Shown here: piece by piece, positions 9,050 through 19,252 of the stretch
Layout of the letters: every line of letters begins with the position of its first letter
Numbering within the stretch: the first letter of the stretch is position 1
NCBI GenBank assembly: GCA_022780025.1
Contig: JALEXS010000018.1
Coordinates: forward strand, 3,837 to 67,836
Length of the DNA: 64,000 nt
Source: Mollicutes bacterium
Lineage (GTDB): Bacteria > Bacillota_I > Bacilli_A > RFN20 > CAG-826
Direction of reading: 5' to 3'
Notes under the pieces: model-generated
Told to the model about the DNA's origin: nothing
What the model saw: the letters and a program-made list of their open reading frames with translations, nothing else
Database searches by the model: none
Translations under genes and position numbers: made by a program

Positions 9050-10781
9050 GTGTTGCACCTCTCCAATAAGAAAAATCTCCATTACTAGTTACAAAAGTAG
9101 GTTCTTTATATGATGGATTATTTTTAGGATATCCATATGTAACACCTAATATTTTTTTAGTATTTGTATAACTTTGTTTATAAAATGTAATAACTTTTTC
9201 TAAACCTTGTCGTTTAGCATAATTTATTGCATTTTGATATTCAGTTTCATAATCATCAGCTCTAATAATTTTAATTAAAGCTTCAGCCCATTTAGTTTTA
9301 ATCTTATTAGCAGTTGTTGTAACACTAAAATAAGATTTATCACCAGTATCATGTTTTAAGAAAGTAGGTTTAAAATTATATGAATAAGGAGTTAAAGGTC
9401 TTTTCATATTATCAACATAAATATCTTTATCTTTACGGCCGTTTAATGGTTTAAGTTTATTAATATAAGCTAAATTCATTACTAAAGTCATATTGTATAA
9501 ACCTAAGCTATTTATCCAAGCTTGATCTTCTTTATTACCATTAACACCACTAATATATCGATCAGTCCAGTTAATTGCAGTATGATCTTCGTTCCAAGTA
9601 TAAGATTCACCTTCAACACCAAAAGCAACTAATCTTTGTCCTTCTTCACTATATAAATATTCTAATAATTTAATTGCTTTATCAGGTCTTTTACAATTTC
9701 TAGTAATCATTGTTAATAAATAACCATTACCAGATATATCTTGTAAAATTGGAGCTTCATTATCTTTATTTTTTAATATTAAAGGAACATAAGTTTTATT
9801 ATCAGCATAAGCATTTAAAAAAGCAGCTTGATAATCTTGAGGAGTAACAGCAGTTACAAAACAATTTCCTCTAGAAATATTAGTTCTAATTTGAGCAGCT
9901 TTATCACTATAATTACTTGGTCTAATAATTTCTTCTTTATTGCATTCATTTAAAAAACCAAGCATTTCTTTATATCGATCAGTTAATCTAATATCTACAT
10001 AATTTCCATCTTTATCTTCATAAGCAGAACAGAAATATTGAGCTAACCAATCAATTGAATCATTTCCTTCACCAGTAAAAGCATCTAATTGGAAAGGAAT
10101 AGCTTCTTCATATTTATTTTTAATATATTTACAACCTTCAATAAATGATTTAGTAGTTGTCATATCGTAACCTGCTAATTTAGCTTCGTTATACCAATCT
10201 TCTCTAACCATTAAACATCCATTAGGTTCTAATTTTTCATCATCACTTATATATTTAGTAGAATAAGCAAAATTAGGTACACCATAAGTATTGCCATCAC
10301 CTTCTTTAAAATAATTCCACATATCTTCTTGAATCTTATCTTTAAAAGAAGGAGCCCATCTTTCAATTAAACCATCTAAAGAATATAAATAACCTTGATT
10401 AGCAAGTTGAGAACATTGACTATACCAAGATTGAACACTTATCATATCAGGTAATTTATTACCACTAATTAAAGTAGACAATTTTTGATTATCATCAGTA
10501 ACAGGAGAAACAAATTTAATATTAACACCCGTTTTTTCTTTAATTATTTCACTAACTCGATCATTTCCATATGTATTCCAAGAAAATGAAGAATCATTAA
10601 CATACCACTCTAAATCCCGACTTTCAATTTTTCCATTTTCATCTTTAAGATATTCCCAAGAATCTTTATCTCCTGGAGTATTAGGGAAATTAGGATAAGA
10701 GGCAGTTTTATTACCACCACAACTAGCTAAACTTAAAGTCATTAATGACATCAAAGATAATAAAGTAATTTTTTTATACAT
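9042..10781 (-). CDS. ABC transporter extracellular solute-binding lipoprotein (large LplA/LipO-like type)
   Basis: Lipobox LASCGG, 579 aa. It sits directly downstream of two sugar permeases. AGGAGG Shine-Dalgarno sequence. Confidence 0.8.
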   Translation of the reverse strand: MYKKITLLSLMSLMTLSLASCGGNKTASYPNFPNTPGDKDSWEYLKDENGKIESRDLEWYVNDSSFSWNTYGNDRVSEIIKEKTGVNIKFVSPVTDDNQKLSTLISGNKLPDMISVQSWYSQCSQLANQGYLYSLDGLIERWAPSFKDKIQEDMWNYFKEGDGNTYGVPNFAYSTKYISDDEKLEPNGCLMVREDWYNEAKLAGYDMTTTKSFIEGCKYIKNKYEEAIPFQLDAFTGEGNDSIDWLAQYFCSAYEDKDGNYVDIRLTDRYKEMLGFLNECNKEEIIRPSNYSDKAAQIRTNISRGNCFVTAVTPQDYQAAFLNAYADNKTYVPLILKNKDNEAPILQDISGNGYLLTMITRNCKRPDKAIKLLEYLYSEEGQRLVAFGVEGESYTWNEDHTAINWTDRYISGVNGNKEDQAWINSLGLYNMTLVMNLAYINKLKPLNGRKDKDIYVDNMKRPLTPYSYNFKPTFLKHDTGDKSYFSVTTTANKIKTKWAEALIKIIRADDYETEYQNAINYAKRQGLEKVITFYKQSYTNTKKILGVTYGYPKNNPSYKEPTFVTSNGDFSYWRGATHE

Positions 10782-10796
10782 ATAGATAACCTCCTA

Positions 10797-11720
10797 TTAA
10801 CCTTTTAAAGAGCCAACTACTACTCCTTTTGTTAAGGTTTTTAAAATTACTGGATATAAAATAAATATTGGAATAACACTAACCATAATTGCTGCTAAAG
10901 AAACCGTTTCAGGAGCAATCTTATTTAATAATTCAATTGGTAAATTAACACCTGCTGAAGGCATTGATGATTCTTTAATAACTTTCATCAAATAATATTG
11001 TAAAGTCCATAAATTCTCACTAGATGTATAAATCATCGTATCAAAGAAAGAATTCCAGTGACCAACAGCGTTCCATAAAGCAACAGTAGATAAAACAGGT
11101 CCACTTAAAGGAAGCATAATTGAAAAGAATATTTTAAATTCACTAGCTCCATCCATTACTGCAGATTCATGAATTTCTTCAGGTACACCTTTAAAGAAAT
11201 TTACAAAAACTAACATATTATAAACAGAGAATAAAGCAGGAATTATATAAACTAAGAAATTATCAAATAATCCTAATAAATTAATAACCCAGAAATAAGG
11301 AATAAGTCCTCCACCAAAAAACATAGTTATAATAAAGAATCTATAAATAACTGGTTTACCTACTAAATTTGGCCTACTCATTGCATAAGCAACAACTGCA
11401 GTATATAAAACACTAGCAATAGTTCCAATAACAGTTCTAGCAATTGTTATTCCATAGCTTTTCCATAATCTAGCATCGTTTAAAACAACTTGATAATTTT
11501 CTAAAGAAAATACACGTGGATATAACCATATACCACCATTAATATAATCACTACCTTCATTAAATGATCCAGCAATAACGTATATTAAAGGATAAATACT
11601 AGCTAAAGCAAATATACTTAAAACAACTAAATTAATCCAATCAAAAGTATGTTTCTTTTGCTTTCTTCCATTACTTCCAATCATCAATTGATTCTTTTTA
11701 TATATCTTATGCTTAACCAT
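10797..11720 (-). CDS. Carbohydrate ABC transporter permease (LplC/YtcP-like)
   Basis: 307 aa, 6 TM. EAA-type loop ESAVMDGASEFKIFFSIMLP. Confidence 0.85.
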   Translation of the reverse strand: MVKHKIYKKNQLMIGSNGRKQKKHTFDWINLVVLSIFALASIYPLIYVIAGSFNEGSDYINGGIWLYPRVFSLENYQVVLNDARLWKSYGITIARTVIGTIASVLYTAVVAYAMSRPNLVGKPVIYRFFIITMFFGGGLIPYFWVINLLGLFDNFLVYIIPALFSVYNMLVFVNFFKGVPEEIHESAVMDGASEFKIFFSIMLPLSGPVLSTVALWNAVGHWNSFFDTMIYTSSENLWTLQYYLMKVIKESSMPSAGVNLPIELLNKIAPETVSLAAIMVSVIPIFILYPVILKTLTKGVVVGSLKG

Positions 11721-12712
11721 TAGAAAATCCCACTTCCTGTTGTTTTCTTAGCAACAAAGTTTCCACAGCCTAATAAAATAACTGCAATAATTGATTTAAA
11801 TAAGCCAACAGCTGTCGTATATGAATATTGTAGATTGACAGTTCCATACTTATAAATATAGGTATCTAAAACCTCCGATTTCGATAAATTAATCTGGTTT
11901 TGGAAGGTATATATGTGATCAAAGCCATTATTTAATAATCCACTGACTGACAAAATAAAGAACAAAATAATAGTAGGTGCAATTGAAGGAATTGTAATAT
12001 GGAAAATTCTATAAAATCTATTTGCACCATCCATATCAGCAGCTTCAAATAATTGAGGATCAATACCAGCAATAGCAGCTACATAAATTACACTTCCCCA
12101 ACCCATACCTTTAAGTAAAGAAGTTATAATAATAGTTGCCCAAAAATATTGAGGTTCTCCAAAATTAATTGCTTGATCAATTATTCCAGTTTTAAGTAAA
12201 ATAACATTAATAATTCCATCACTATTTATTAAAGCTAAAATAATTGCTCCATAAGTAATCCAACTTAAAAAATAAGGGAAATAAGTAACAACTTGAATAG
12301 CTTTACGCATTTTCTTCCAAGGTAATTCACTTAATAATATTGCAAAAAATATAGGTAATGGGAAATTAATACATAATTGTAAGATATTTAATCCTAACGT
12401 ATTAAGCATGACATTACTAAATTCAGGATCTTCAAAAAACGTTTTAAAATTATCGAATCCAACCCAACTTGATTCGAATATAGCTTGCATAATGTTTAAA
12501 TATCCATCACCACTTTTGAAAGCTAAAATTAATCCAAACATTGGTAAATAAGCAAATATTGCAATAAAAACTATTCCAAAAGAAACCATAGTCATTAATT
12601 CAATACTACTTTTATTCCATTTCTTCTCTTTATGATGTCTAGCTAATGGAGAAATAGTTTTTAATGCTTCATCATAAGGTTTTACTTTCTTTTTTAACTT
12701 AAGACTTAACAT
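11720..12712 (-). CDS. Carbohydrate ABC transporter permease (LplB/YteP-like)
   Basis: 330 aa. EAA loop EAADMDGANRFYRIFHITIPS. Confidence 0.85.
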   Translation of the reverse strand: MLSLKLKKKVKPYDEALKTISPLARHHKEKKWNKSSIELMTMVSFGIVFIAIFAYLPMFGLILAFKSGDGYLNIMQAIFESSWVGFDNFKTFFEDPEFSNVMLNTLGLNILQLCINFPLPIFFAILLSELPWKKMRKAIQVVTYFPYFLSWITYGAIILALINSDGIINVILLKTGIIDQAINFGEPQYFWATIIITSLLKGMGWGSVIYVAAIAGIDPQLFEAADMDGANRFYRIFHITIPSIAPTIILFFILSVSGLLNNGFDHIYTFQNQINLSKSEVLDTYIYKYGTVNLQYSYTTAVGLFKSIIAVILLGCGNFVAKKTTGSGIF

Positions 12713-13709
12713 TTTTTACACTTCCTCTAATCGTTATTGTTGGTTCAATTTTTGTTGTATTATTAGCTTTATTATCACTCATTAATTTCTTAATAACAGC
12801 TTTACAAAGTCCTTCAATATTTTGTTTTACACTAGTTAATCCAGGAGATATTAAAGCTGAAAATTGGTTATCATCAAATCCAACTAAAGATAAATCTTCT
12901 CCAATTTTAATATCATTATCATTAGCTATTTTATATACAGCATAAGCACTTAAATCATTAAAAGCAAAGATTGCATCAGCTTTTTTATTTAAAATAATAT
13001 CTTTAGCAGCATTAATTGAACCTTCAAATCTATAATTTCCTTCTACTAATAAACTACTATCAAAAGGAATATGAGCTTCTTTTAAAGCTTTTTTATAGCC
13101 TTTTAATCTTTCTAATGAAGATGAAATATTTTTAGGTCCTGTTATACAAGCTATTTTTTTATGTCCTAAATCTAGTAAATATTTAGTAGCTAAATATCCA
13201 CCTTTTATATCATCATTAATAATAATAGGACAATCTCCAAATGAAATTTTTCTATCTAAAATTACGTAAGGAACAGTAATCATTTTAGCAACATCATTAA
13301 TCTTCTCTTCATCAACTTCTTGGAATAAACTTGGTGGAACAATTATTAAATAATCAATTGATCTATTTGTAATATCAATTACATTCTTTTCAAATTGATC
13401 AAAATTATATCCAGAATCAGCAAATATTAATGAATATCCTTTTTCTTTTAATAAATTTTCTAAACATTTAATAATTCGAGCATAATAACTATTTTCTATA
13501 TCAGGAATCAATATACCTGCTGTTTTAGTAGTCTTATTTTTTAAAGCAGCAGCAATATAATTTGGTTTATAATTATATTTTTTACATGTAGCTAAAATTC
13601 TTTCAGCAGTTTCTTTACCAACAAAATCACTTTTGCCGTTTAAAACAAAGCTAACTGAGGTTATTGAACAATTACATTCTTTTGCGATATCTTTTATTGT
13701 GACACTCAT
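12699..13709 (-). CDS. LacI family transcriptional regulator
   Basis: N-terminal HTH VTIKDIAKECNCSITSVSFVLNG followed by a periplasmic-binding-like sugar domain. TAATG overlap with the upstream ATPase gene. Confidence 0.9.
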   Translation of the reverse strand: MSVTIKDIAKECNCSITSVSFVLNGKSDFVGKETAERILATCKKYNYKPNYIAAALKNKTTKTAGILIPDIENSYYARIIKCLENLLKEKGYSLIFADSGYNFDQFEKNVIDITNRSIDYLIIVPPSLFQEVDEEKINDVAKMITVPYVILDRKISFGDCPIIINDDIKGGYLATKYLLDLGHKKIACITGPKNISSSLERLKGYKKALKEAHIPFDSSLLVEGNYRFEGSINAAKDIILNKKADAIFAFNDLSAYAVYKIANDNDIKIGEDLSLVGFDDNQFSALISPGLTSVKQNIEGLCKAVIKKLMSDNKANNTTKIEPTITIRGSVKNVKS

Positions 13710-15676
13710 TAAATTAACCTCACATTAAAGTCTTTATCAATAACGCCAATATTATCTTTATCAATTAATATATTGACACTATCATTTATATTACTCTTAT
13801 TATCATTATCTTTAATAATTATAGTTTTATCTAAATCTATTAATTTAACTTTATAATATTTTGAAATATTAAAGTCGATTATTTCTTCAATAACCCCTCT
13901 AATCTCCCCTCTTTCTTCCATTTTTAAATTATCAGCATTTAAAATATATGCAATATGATGTAGATAAAATTTCTTTCCTAATAATCCATAAATTTTAATA
14001 ATATTTTCTATTGACGTTTCAATTTCAGTATTTAATAACTTATAATTAAATACTTTTCTTACTTTTTCCTTAATATTTAATTCTTTTAATAAATTAGTAT
14101 CATTATTAGATAAAGCTAATAAATATTTATTATATAAATCTACATCTACTAAATTATTCTTCTTACAAGGTAATTTCTTTTTGATTTCAGTTAATTCACC
14201 ATCAATAATATTATCTTTATTTAATTTATCTAATATTAAGTTTCCATTAAGATCATAAAAACTAACTTTAGATAAATCTATAGATAAATTTAATTTATCT
14301 CCATCTATATAATTATCATTAATATAATATAAATATTCATTATTTAACTTAACTTCATATAACCACTTATTATTTATCTTTTCTTTTTTAGTAACAATTA
14401 ATTCAAAATCATTACCAATATTTAAAGCATCTACTGGTATATTTAATAATAATTCTTTATTACCATTAATCTTATTAAATAAATAATCATTTAATAAGAT
14501 TTTATTATTTAATAAAGTTAATTCTTTATTAAATAATTTAGCATTAATAGTAAATGATTTAGGCATTCTATTTAATAAAGATTGTTCATCTTCTTTTAAG
14601 AATAAATGTATCTTTTTAATATCAAATTTAATATAGATATGACTACCTACATTTAAAGAATCATTTCTAATAGTTTTAATAACTAATTTTTCTTTATTAT
14701 TAATAGTTTCTACAATTATATTAGCTTCATTACCTAAATTTTCAATAATTGAAACTTCACATTCAATAGCATTTATATCATCTTTATTAGTAATTAATAT
14801 ATGTTCAGGTCTAACTCCAATAACGATATCTTTTTTATTAATAATATTAATTTTATCAATACGAGAAATATCAGATATTGAACAACTTATATCTTTAAAA
14901 TCAGTTTTTAATAAAACTTCATCTTTATTATAATCTAATTTAGCATTTATAAAATTCATTTGAGGAGTTCCAATAAACCCAGCAACAAATATATTTTCAG
15001 GATAATCATATAAATTCATTGGTGTATCAACTTGTTTAATAACACCTTCTTTCATAACAACGATTCTACTTCCCATAGTCATTGCTTCTACTTGATCATG
15101 AGTAACATAAATAAAAGTAGTTTTTAATACATTATGTAATCTAGTAATTTCACTTCTCATTGCACTTCTTAATTTAGCATCTAGATTACTTAAAGGTTCA
15201 TCAAGTAAAAATACTTTTGGTTTTCTAACGATTGCTCTTCCTAAAGCAACACGTTGTCTTTGACCACCACTCATATTTTTAGGTTTTTTATCTAATTGAT
15301 TTTCAATATCTAAAATTTTAGCAGCTTCATGAACTCGTTTATCGATTTCTTCTTTATTAACATGTCTAATTTTTAATCCAAAAGCCATATTATCATAAAC
15401 TGACATATGTGGATAAAGAGCATAATTTTGGAAAACCATTGCCATATCACGATTTTTTGGTTCTAAATTATTAGCTAAAACACCATCAATATAAAAATCA
15501 CCAGCAGTAATTTCTTCTAGTCCTGCTATCATTCTTAAAGTAGTAGATTTACCACATCCACTAGGTCCGACAAAAACTATAAATTCATCATCTTTAATTT
15601 CTAAATTAAAATCATCAACAGCTCTAGTGCCGTTTTCATATATTTTGTAAATGTGTTTAAGCGATAAATTTGCCAT
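13709..15676 (-). CDS. MsmK/MalK-like sugar ABC ATPase with a ~285-aa C-terminal extension
   Basis: Walker [11 protein letters not shown]-loop [11 protein letters not shown], signature [14 protein letters not shown], Walker [13 protein letters not shown]-loop YVTHD. It is 655 aa against about 370 for typical MsmK. Confidence 0.85.
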   Translation of the reverse strand: MANLSLKHIYKIYENGTRAVDDFNLEIKDDEFIVFVGPSGCGKSTTLRMIAGLEEITAGDFYIDGVLANNLEPKNRDMAMVFQNYALYPHMSVYDNMAFGLKIRHVNKEEIDKRVHEAAKILDIENQLDKKPKNMSGGQRQRVALGRAIVRKPKVFLLDEPLSNLDAKLRSAMRSEITRLHNVLKTTFIYVTHDQVEAMTMGSRIVVMKEGVIKQVDTPMNLYDYPENIFVAGFIGTPQMNFINAKLDYNKDEVLLKTDFKDISCSISDISRIDKINIINKKDIVIGVRPEHILITNKDDINAIECEVSIIENLGNEANIIVETINNKEKLVIKTIRNDSLNVGSHIYIKFDIKKIHLFLKEDEQSLLNRMPKSFTINAKLFNKELTLLNNKILLNDYLFNKINGNKELLLNIPVDALNIGNDFELIVTKKEKINNKWLYEVKLNNEYLYYINDNYIDGDKLNLSIDLSKVSFYDLNGNLILDKLNKDNIIDGELTEIKKKLPCKKNNLVDVDLYNKYLLALSNNDTNLLKELNIKEKVRKVFNYKLLNTEIETSIENIIKIYGLLGKKFYLHHIAYILNADNLKMEERGEIRGVIEEIIDFNISKYYKVKLIDLDKTIIIKDNDNKSNINDSVNILIDKDNIGVIDKDFNVRLI

Positions 15677-15690
15677 ATTATTAGCTCCAA

Positions 15691-15761
15691 CTAAATCGTT
15701 TTAGTAACTTTAATATACAACATTTAAAATCGTTTGTAAATATTTTTCTAAAACGATTTAG
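15691..15761 (-). promoter_or_regulatory. Three LacI-type operator-like sites with a central CG in the locus A promoter
   Basis: CTAAATCGTTTTAG (15691-15704), TAAAATCGTTTGTA (15725-15738) and CTAAAACGATTTAG (15748-15761, the exact reverse complement of site 1). Sites 1 and 3 are both followed by TAAC. Confidence 0.55.
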
Positions 15762-15828
15762 TAACTGCGTTTTTAAATACAGAAAAAAAGATGTTTTTAA
15801 TCATTTATAAGCGTATTAATCAATTCTT

Positions 15829-16893
15829 TTATATAACTTTATCAATTATAAATTTATATAAAATATCAGCATATTCCTTATGAGCTTTATAAGAAGGATG
15901 TCCATCTGATCCATTTGTATCCCCTTTAAACCCTATCATATAACAAGTATTATCTCCATATTTCTTATTAACATTATTAACACATATATTTAAAGCATCT
16001 AATAATTCTTTAGTAAAAGAAAAAGACATATTATAGCAACTTACTATCTTACAATTAGGTGCTTTATTTTTAATATAATTAAGTAATATTTCATAATTAT
16101 CAATAAATTCTTTAACTCCATTTATTTTATCTATTTCTTTAGTATTTATATCTAAATAACCAGAATTATCATTAGTACCTAAATTAATAACTACAATACT
16201 AGGAATATTATTTTCTCCATTATAAGGATGAATTCCATCATAAGTATCATATTTATCCATAATATTAAGACCAAATATAGATAAAGATTTAGTTAAAGAT
16301 ACTCCACTAAAACATATAATAGATGGATCATAATCTAATTTATTAGCTACTAAATAAGCATAAGCCATAGTTCCATCTTGTTCACTAGTTAAATAAGCTT
16401 TAACACTAGGATTACCTAAATTACCGTATCCTGCAGTTAAAGAATCTCCATAAAATTCAATTGTATTTCTTTTTGGATTATATATTCTTTTATAATATTT
16501 ATAATTATTACCTACTAAATTAGACATATATAACTTAGTAGTATTAAGTTCATTCATTTTAATAACTTTAATAGTATGTTTACCCGTCTTTAAGTTTTTA
16601 AATAAGGTAATCTCTTCTTCACCATTAGTTAATTCAATTACTTTATCTACTTTATTATCTATATATATCTTTATATATTGATGTTCATATAAATCTGATT
16701 CAGTTAATAAAGTAGCTTTTAATTCATTATTAATATCAATAGGTTCTACTATTAATTCAAAACCAGTACCAGTATAACCAAAAAATATTTGTTTTTTATC
16801 TTTATAATCTAATATTTTACTTCTTCCATATAAATTAATAGAACTTCCATCAAATATATTTAAATTATCTATTTCTTTATCAATATAATTCAT
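15829..16893 (-). CDS. CE2-like SGNH esterase with an N-terminal beta-sandwich, cytoplasmic form
   Basis: GDSLTAGYGN (block I Ser), INLGTNDN (block III), DGHPS (block V). No signal peptide. Roughly 55-60% identical by eye to 21190-22344. Confidence 0.6.
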   Translation of the reverse strand: MNYIDKEIDNLNIFDGSSINLYGRSKILDYKDKKQIFFGYTGTGFELIVEPIDINNELKATLLTESDLYEHQYIKIYIDNKVDKVIELTNGEEEITLFKNLKTGKHTIKVIKMNELNTTKLYMSNLVGNNYKYYKRIYNPKRNTIEFYGDSLTAGYGNLGNPSVKAYLTSEQDGTMAYAYLVANKLDYDPSIICFSGVSLTKSLSIFGLNIMDKYDTYDGIHPYNGENNIPSIVVINLGTNDNSGYLDINTKEIDKINGVKEFIDNYEILLNYIKNKAPNCKIVSCYNMSFSFTKELLDALNICVNNVNKKYGDNTCYMIGFKGDTNGSDGHPSYKAHKEYADILYKFIIDKVI

Positions 16894-16975
16894 AATCTTT
16901 CCCTTTAAATCTATTTGAAATTATACTACATTTATACGTATTAATGTCATTAATTATTATTAAATTCTATATTAA

Positions 16976-17001
16976 AAGTCCACTTATAATGAAGTGGACT
17001 T
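16976..17001 (-). terminator. Hairpin terminator candidate downstream of 17029-18465
   Basis: 10-bp perfect stem AAGTCCACTT/AAGTGGACTT with a 6-nt loop, followed on the minus strand by a T/A-rich tail. Confidence 0.5.
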
Positions 17002-17028
17002 TATTAATATAATTTATTTATATTTAAA

Positions 17029-18465
17029 TTATTTACTAGTAACTAAGATTGTATTATAAACCTTACGACAACTTGTTAGATTATAGGTTCCATAATCAGA
17101 ACTTCTTACTCTTAAAGTAAGTTCATTATTACTCATATCTTGAGTAATAAGTTGAGTAGATCCACCACCATCAAAATTAAGTGCATCATAAGATCCTAAA
17201 TATCTCATAAATTCAGCTAATTCAGGTAAATTAACTCCATAAGAATCAGTTGCTTCAACATTAGTTAACTTCTTGTTATATCTTAAAGCTTCGATTGTAC
17301 ATAATAAAACTCTATTTTTATTAACAACACCTACACAACTACGAGGAATATCTTTAACTTGAGCACCATTAGTATTTTCTAAAGTAACTGTCGGAGCAAT
17401 TTTTCCATTTTCTACTAAACTTTGTCTTCCACCAATTACATTATTATAATAATCAAAAGTTTCATCTTTATTATTAGTAATACTAAAACCAAGAAGATCA
17501 TCTACTTTAAAATTCATTTCTTTTTTACTAATAATATAGAAATATTTATCACAATCTTTAAAAGATTTCTTACCATCAGCTTTTTGTTTACTAATATTAG
17601 TTAACTTACCTTTAATAAATGTATTAGAATCTTCTTTTTTAATCTTATAAATATTATCATTAGTAGATAAAGAAACACTAATATTTGAGTTAATTATATT
17701 AATTGAATTATCTCCATTCATACTTATAGAATTATAAAAAACATTATCTTTAATATTGATAGTTTCTTTATTTTCATTTAAATAAATAATTTGATAACTA
17801 AAACCAGTTTTAACTGTTTCTTCAATATTTTTATCATTAACAATTGGAGATATTTTAGCTTCATTACCACTAAATCCAATAAGCATTGGTTTAGAAGCAG
17901 GTAAATCACTCTTTAAATCTTTATAATCATAAACTCCATTATCATTATGTTTACTTTTAATAATTTCATTATCTTTAACATAAGCATTAACTGAAGTTCC
18001 ACTACCTGTAGCAAAAAAATCTGCATTCATAATAGCAGCTACTTTTTTATTACTATTATTTTGATAATCAATTAATTGTCCATAAGCAGTGTCAATTCCA
18101 CTTTTAGCATAATTTGTATCAATTTTAGCTTTTGTTAAGTCTACATCGATAATATTAGCAATTACTTTATGATCATTATTTAAATTAAAAGAATATGTAA
18201 TATAATCTGCTCCATCTACTAACTTTATTTCTCTAATCTTTTTAAAAGTATCTTTTTTAAATAAAGTAGGGGTAAATTCTTCTAATTCTGGATATGTTTT
18301 GTTTTTTCCAGGAGCAAGAGAATCAAATATTGTTTCTTCTACTGGTTCTGGTGTTGGAGTTGGAGTAGGATCAGGATTAATAGGTCCATCAGGTTTTTTA
18401 TTACAGCTAAATAAACAAGTAGCCATAATTCCTACTAAAACTATTTTATTAATGTATCTATTCAT
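17029..18465 (-). CDS. Lipoprotein with a phosphodiester glycosidase (NAGPA/DUF2233-like) domain
   Basis: Lipobox LFSC, then a PDPTPTPTPEP linker. The C-terminal ALNFDGGGSTQL motif is typical of the uncovering-enzyme-like family. Confidence 0.6.
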   Translation of the reverse strand: MNRYINKIVLVGIMATCLFSCNKKPDGPINPDPTPTPTPEPVEETIFDSLAPGKNKTYPELEEFTPTLFKKDTFKKIREIKLVDGADYITYSFNLNNDHKVIANIIDVDLTKAKIDTNYAKSGIDTAYGQLIDYQNNSNKKVAAIMNADFFATGSGTSVNAYVKDNEIIKSKHNDNGVYDYKDLKSDLPASKPMLIGFSGNEAKISPIVNDKNIEETVKTGFSYQIIYLNENKETINIKDNVFYNSISMNGDNSINIINSNISVSLSTNDNIYKIKKEDSNTFIKGKLTNISKQKADGKKSFKDCDKYFYIISKKEMNFKVDDLLGFSITNNKDETFDYYNNVIGGRQSLVENGKIAPTVTLENTNGAQVKDIPRSCVGVVNKNRVLLCTIEALRYNKKLTNVEATDSYGVNLPELAEFMRYLGSYDALNFDGGGSTQLITQDMSNNELTLRVRSSDYGTYNLTSCRKVYNTILVTSK

Positions 18466-19250
18466 ATGAAGTCTCCTTTCAATATTCCATAGGCTGAGCC
18501 TAAATGTCCACCATTTAATAAGATATTTTTAATATATTTTTGTAAGCTTGTATTTTCTTTATAAGAATTAATATCTTCTGAATAAGTATTAAATACCCAG
18601 AAAATACAATCATCACTATCGTTATTAACAGCTTTTATATCAAATAAATTCATAAATTCTTTAATATGAGAATCTTTTTTCAATATATTATTTAGTTTTG
18701 GACTTAATAACCAACTATTTAAACAAAATTTATAATCAATATTAAATTTCTTTAAGAAAAATTCTTTTGCATCTTGTATAGACTTAATAATATCTTTTTG
18801 AATTAACTTAGTATCACTAGGAACATGAATATAAATCTCTTTAGTATTATGAGATATTTCATATTCTAATTCACCAATTCTAAATTCTAACATTTCAGTT
18901 TGTCTATAAGTCCACCAATATCGATCAAATATATATTTCTTTGTCGCTTTTTTAGTTTCTAATAAAAATCTATTAAAGCATTTAAATGTATCGAAATATA
19001 TATCTTGATCAATATTTAAACTTTTATAAGTTTTAGATAAAGAGAAAGCTTTATATAAATAAGTAGTTAACATAATGAATCCATCTTCATCATTTAAACT
19101 ATTTTTTATTTCTTCAAAATCAGCATTTTCTTTAGTTAAATCACTATAAATTTTATAAAAATTATAAATATTATTATTGAAGATTTCCTTGATTTTTTTA
19201 CAATTAACCTTGCTAAACCCAAGTATTTTTATAAATTTATCAAAAGTCAT
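18462..19250 (-). CDS. Hypothetical cytoplasmic protein (262 aa)
   Basis: Intact ORF translationally coupled to both neighbours. No confident family assignment. Confidence 0.4.
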   Translation of the reverse strand: MTFDKFIKILGFSKVNCKKIKEIFNNNIYNFYKIYSDLTKENADFEEIKNSLNDEDGFIMLTTYLYKAFSLSKTYKSLNIDQDIYFDTFKCFNRFLLETKKATKKYIFDRYWWTYRQTEMLEFRIGELEYEISHNTKEIYIHVPSDTKLIQKDIIKSIQDAKEFFLKKFNIDYKFCLNSWLLSPKLNNILKKDSHIKEFMNLFDIKAVNNDSDDCIFWVFNTYSEDINSYKENTSLQKYIKNILLNGGHLGSAYGILKGDFI

Positions 19251-19252
19251 TC

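Noticed and set aside
9050-9082. N-terminal extensions proposed by the ORF track for several genes (8129-9082, 35674-37197, 37198-38346, 45064-46809, 47093-48463).
   Set aside because: In each case an internal ATG is preceded at 5-9 nt by a strong GGAG/AGGAGG-type Shine-Dalgarno sequence. The longer version starts at a GTG or inside the upstream gene with no SD, so the shorter starts were adopted.
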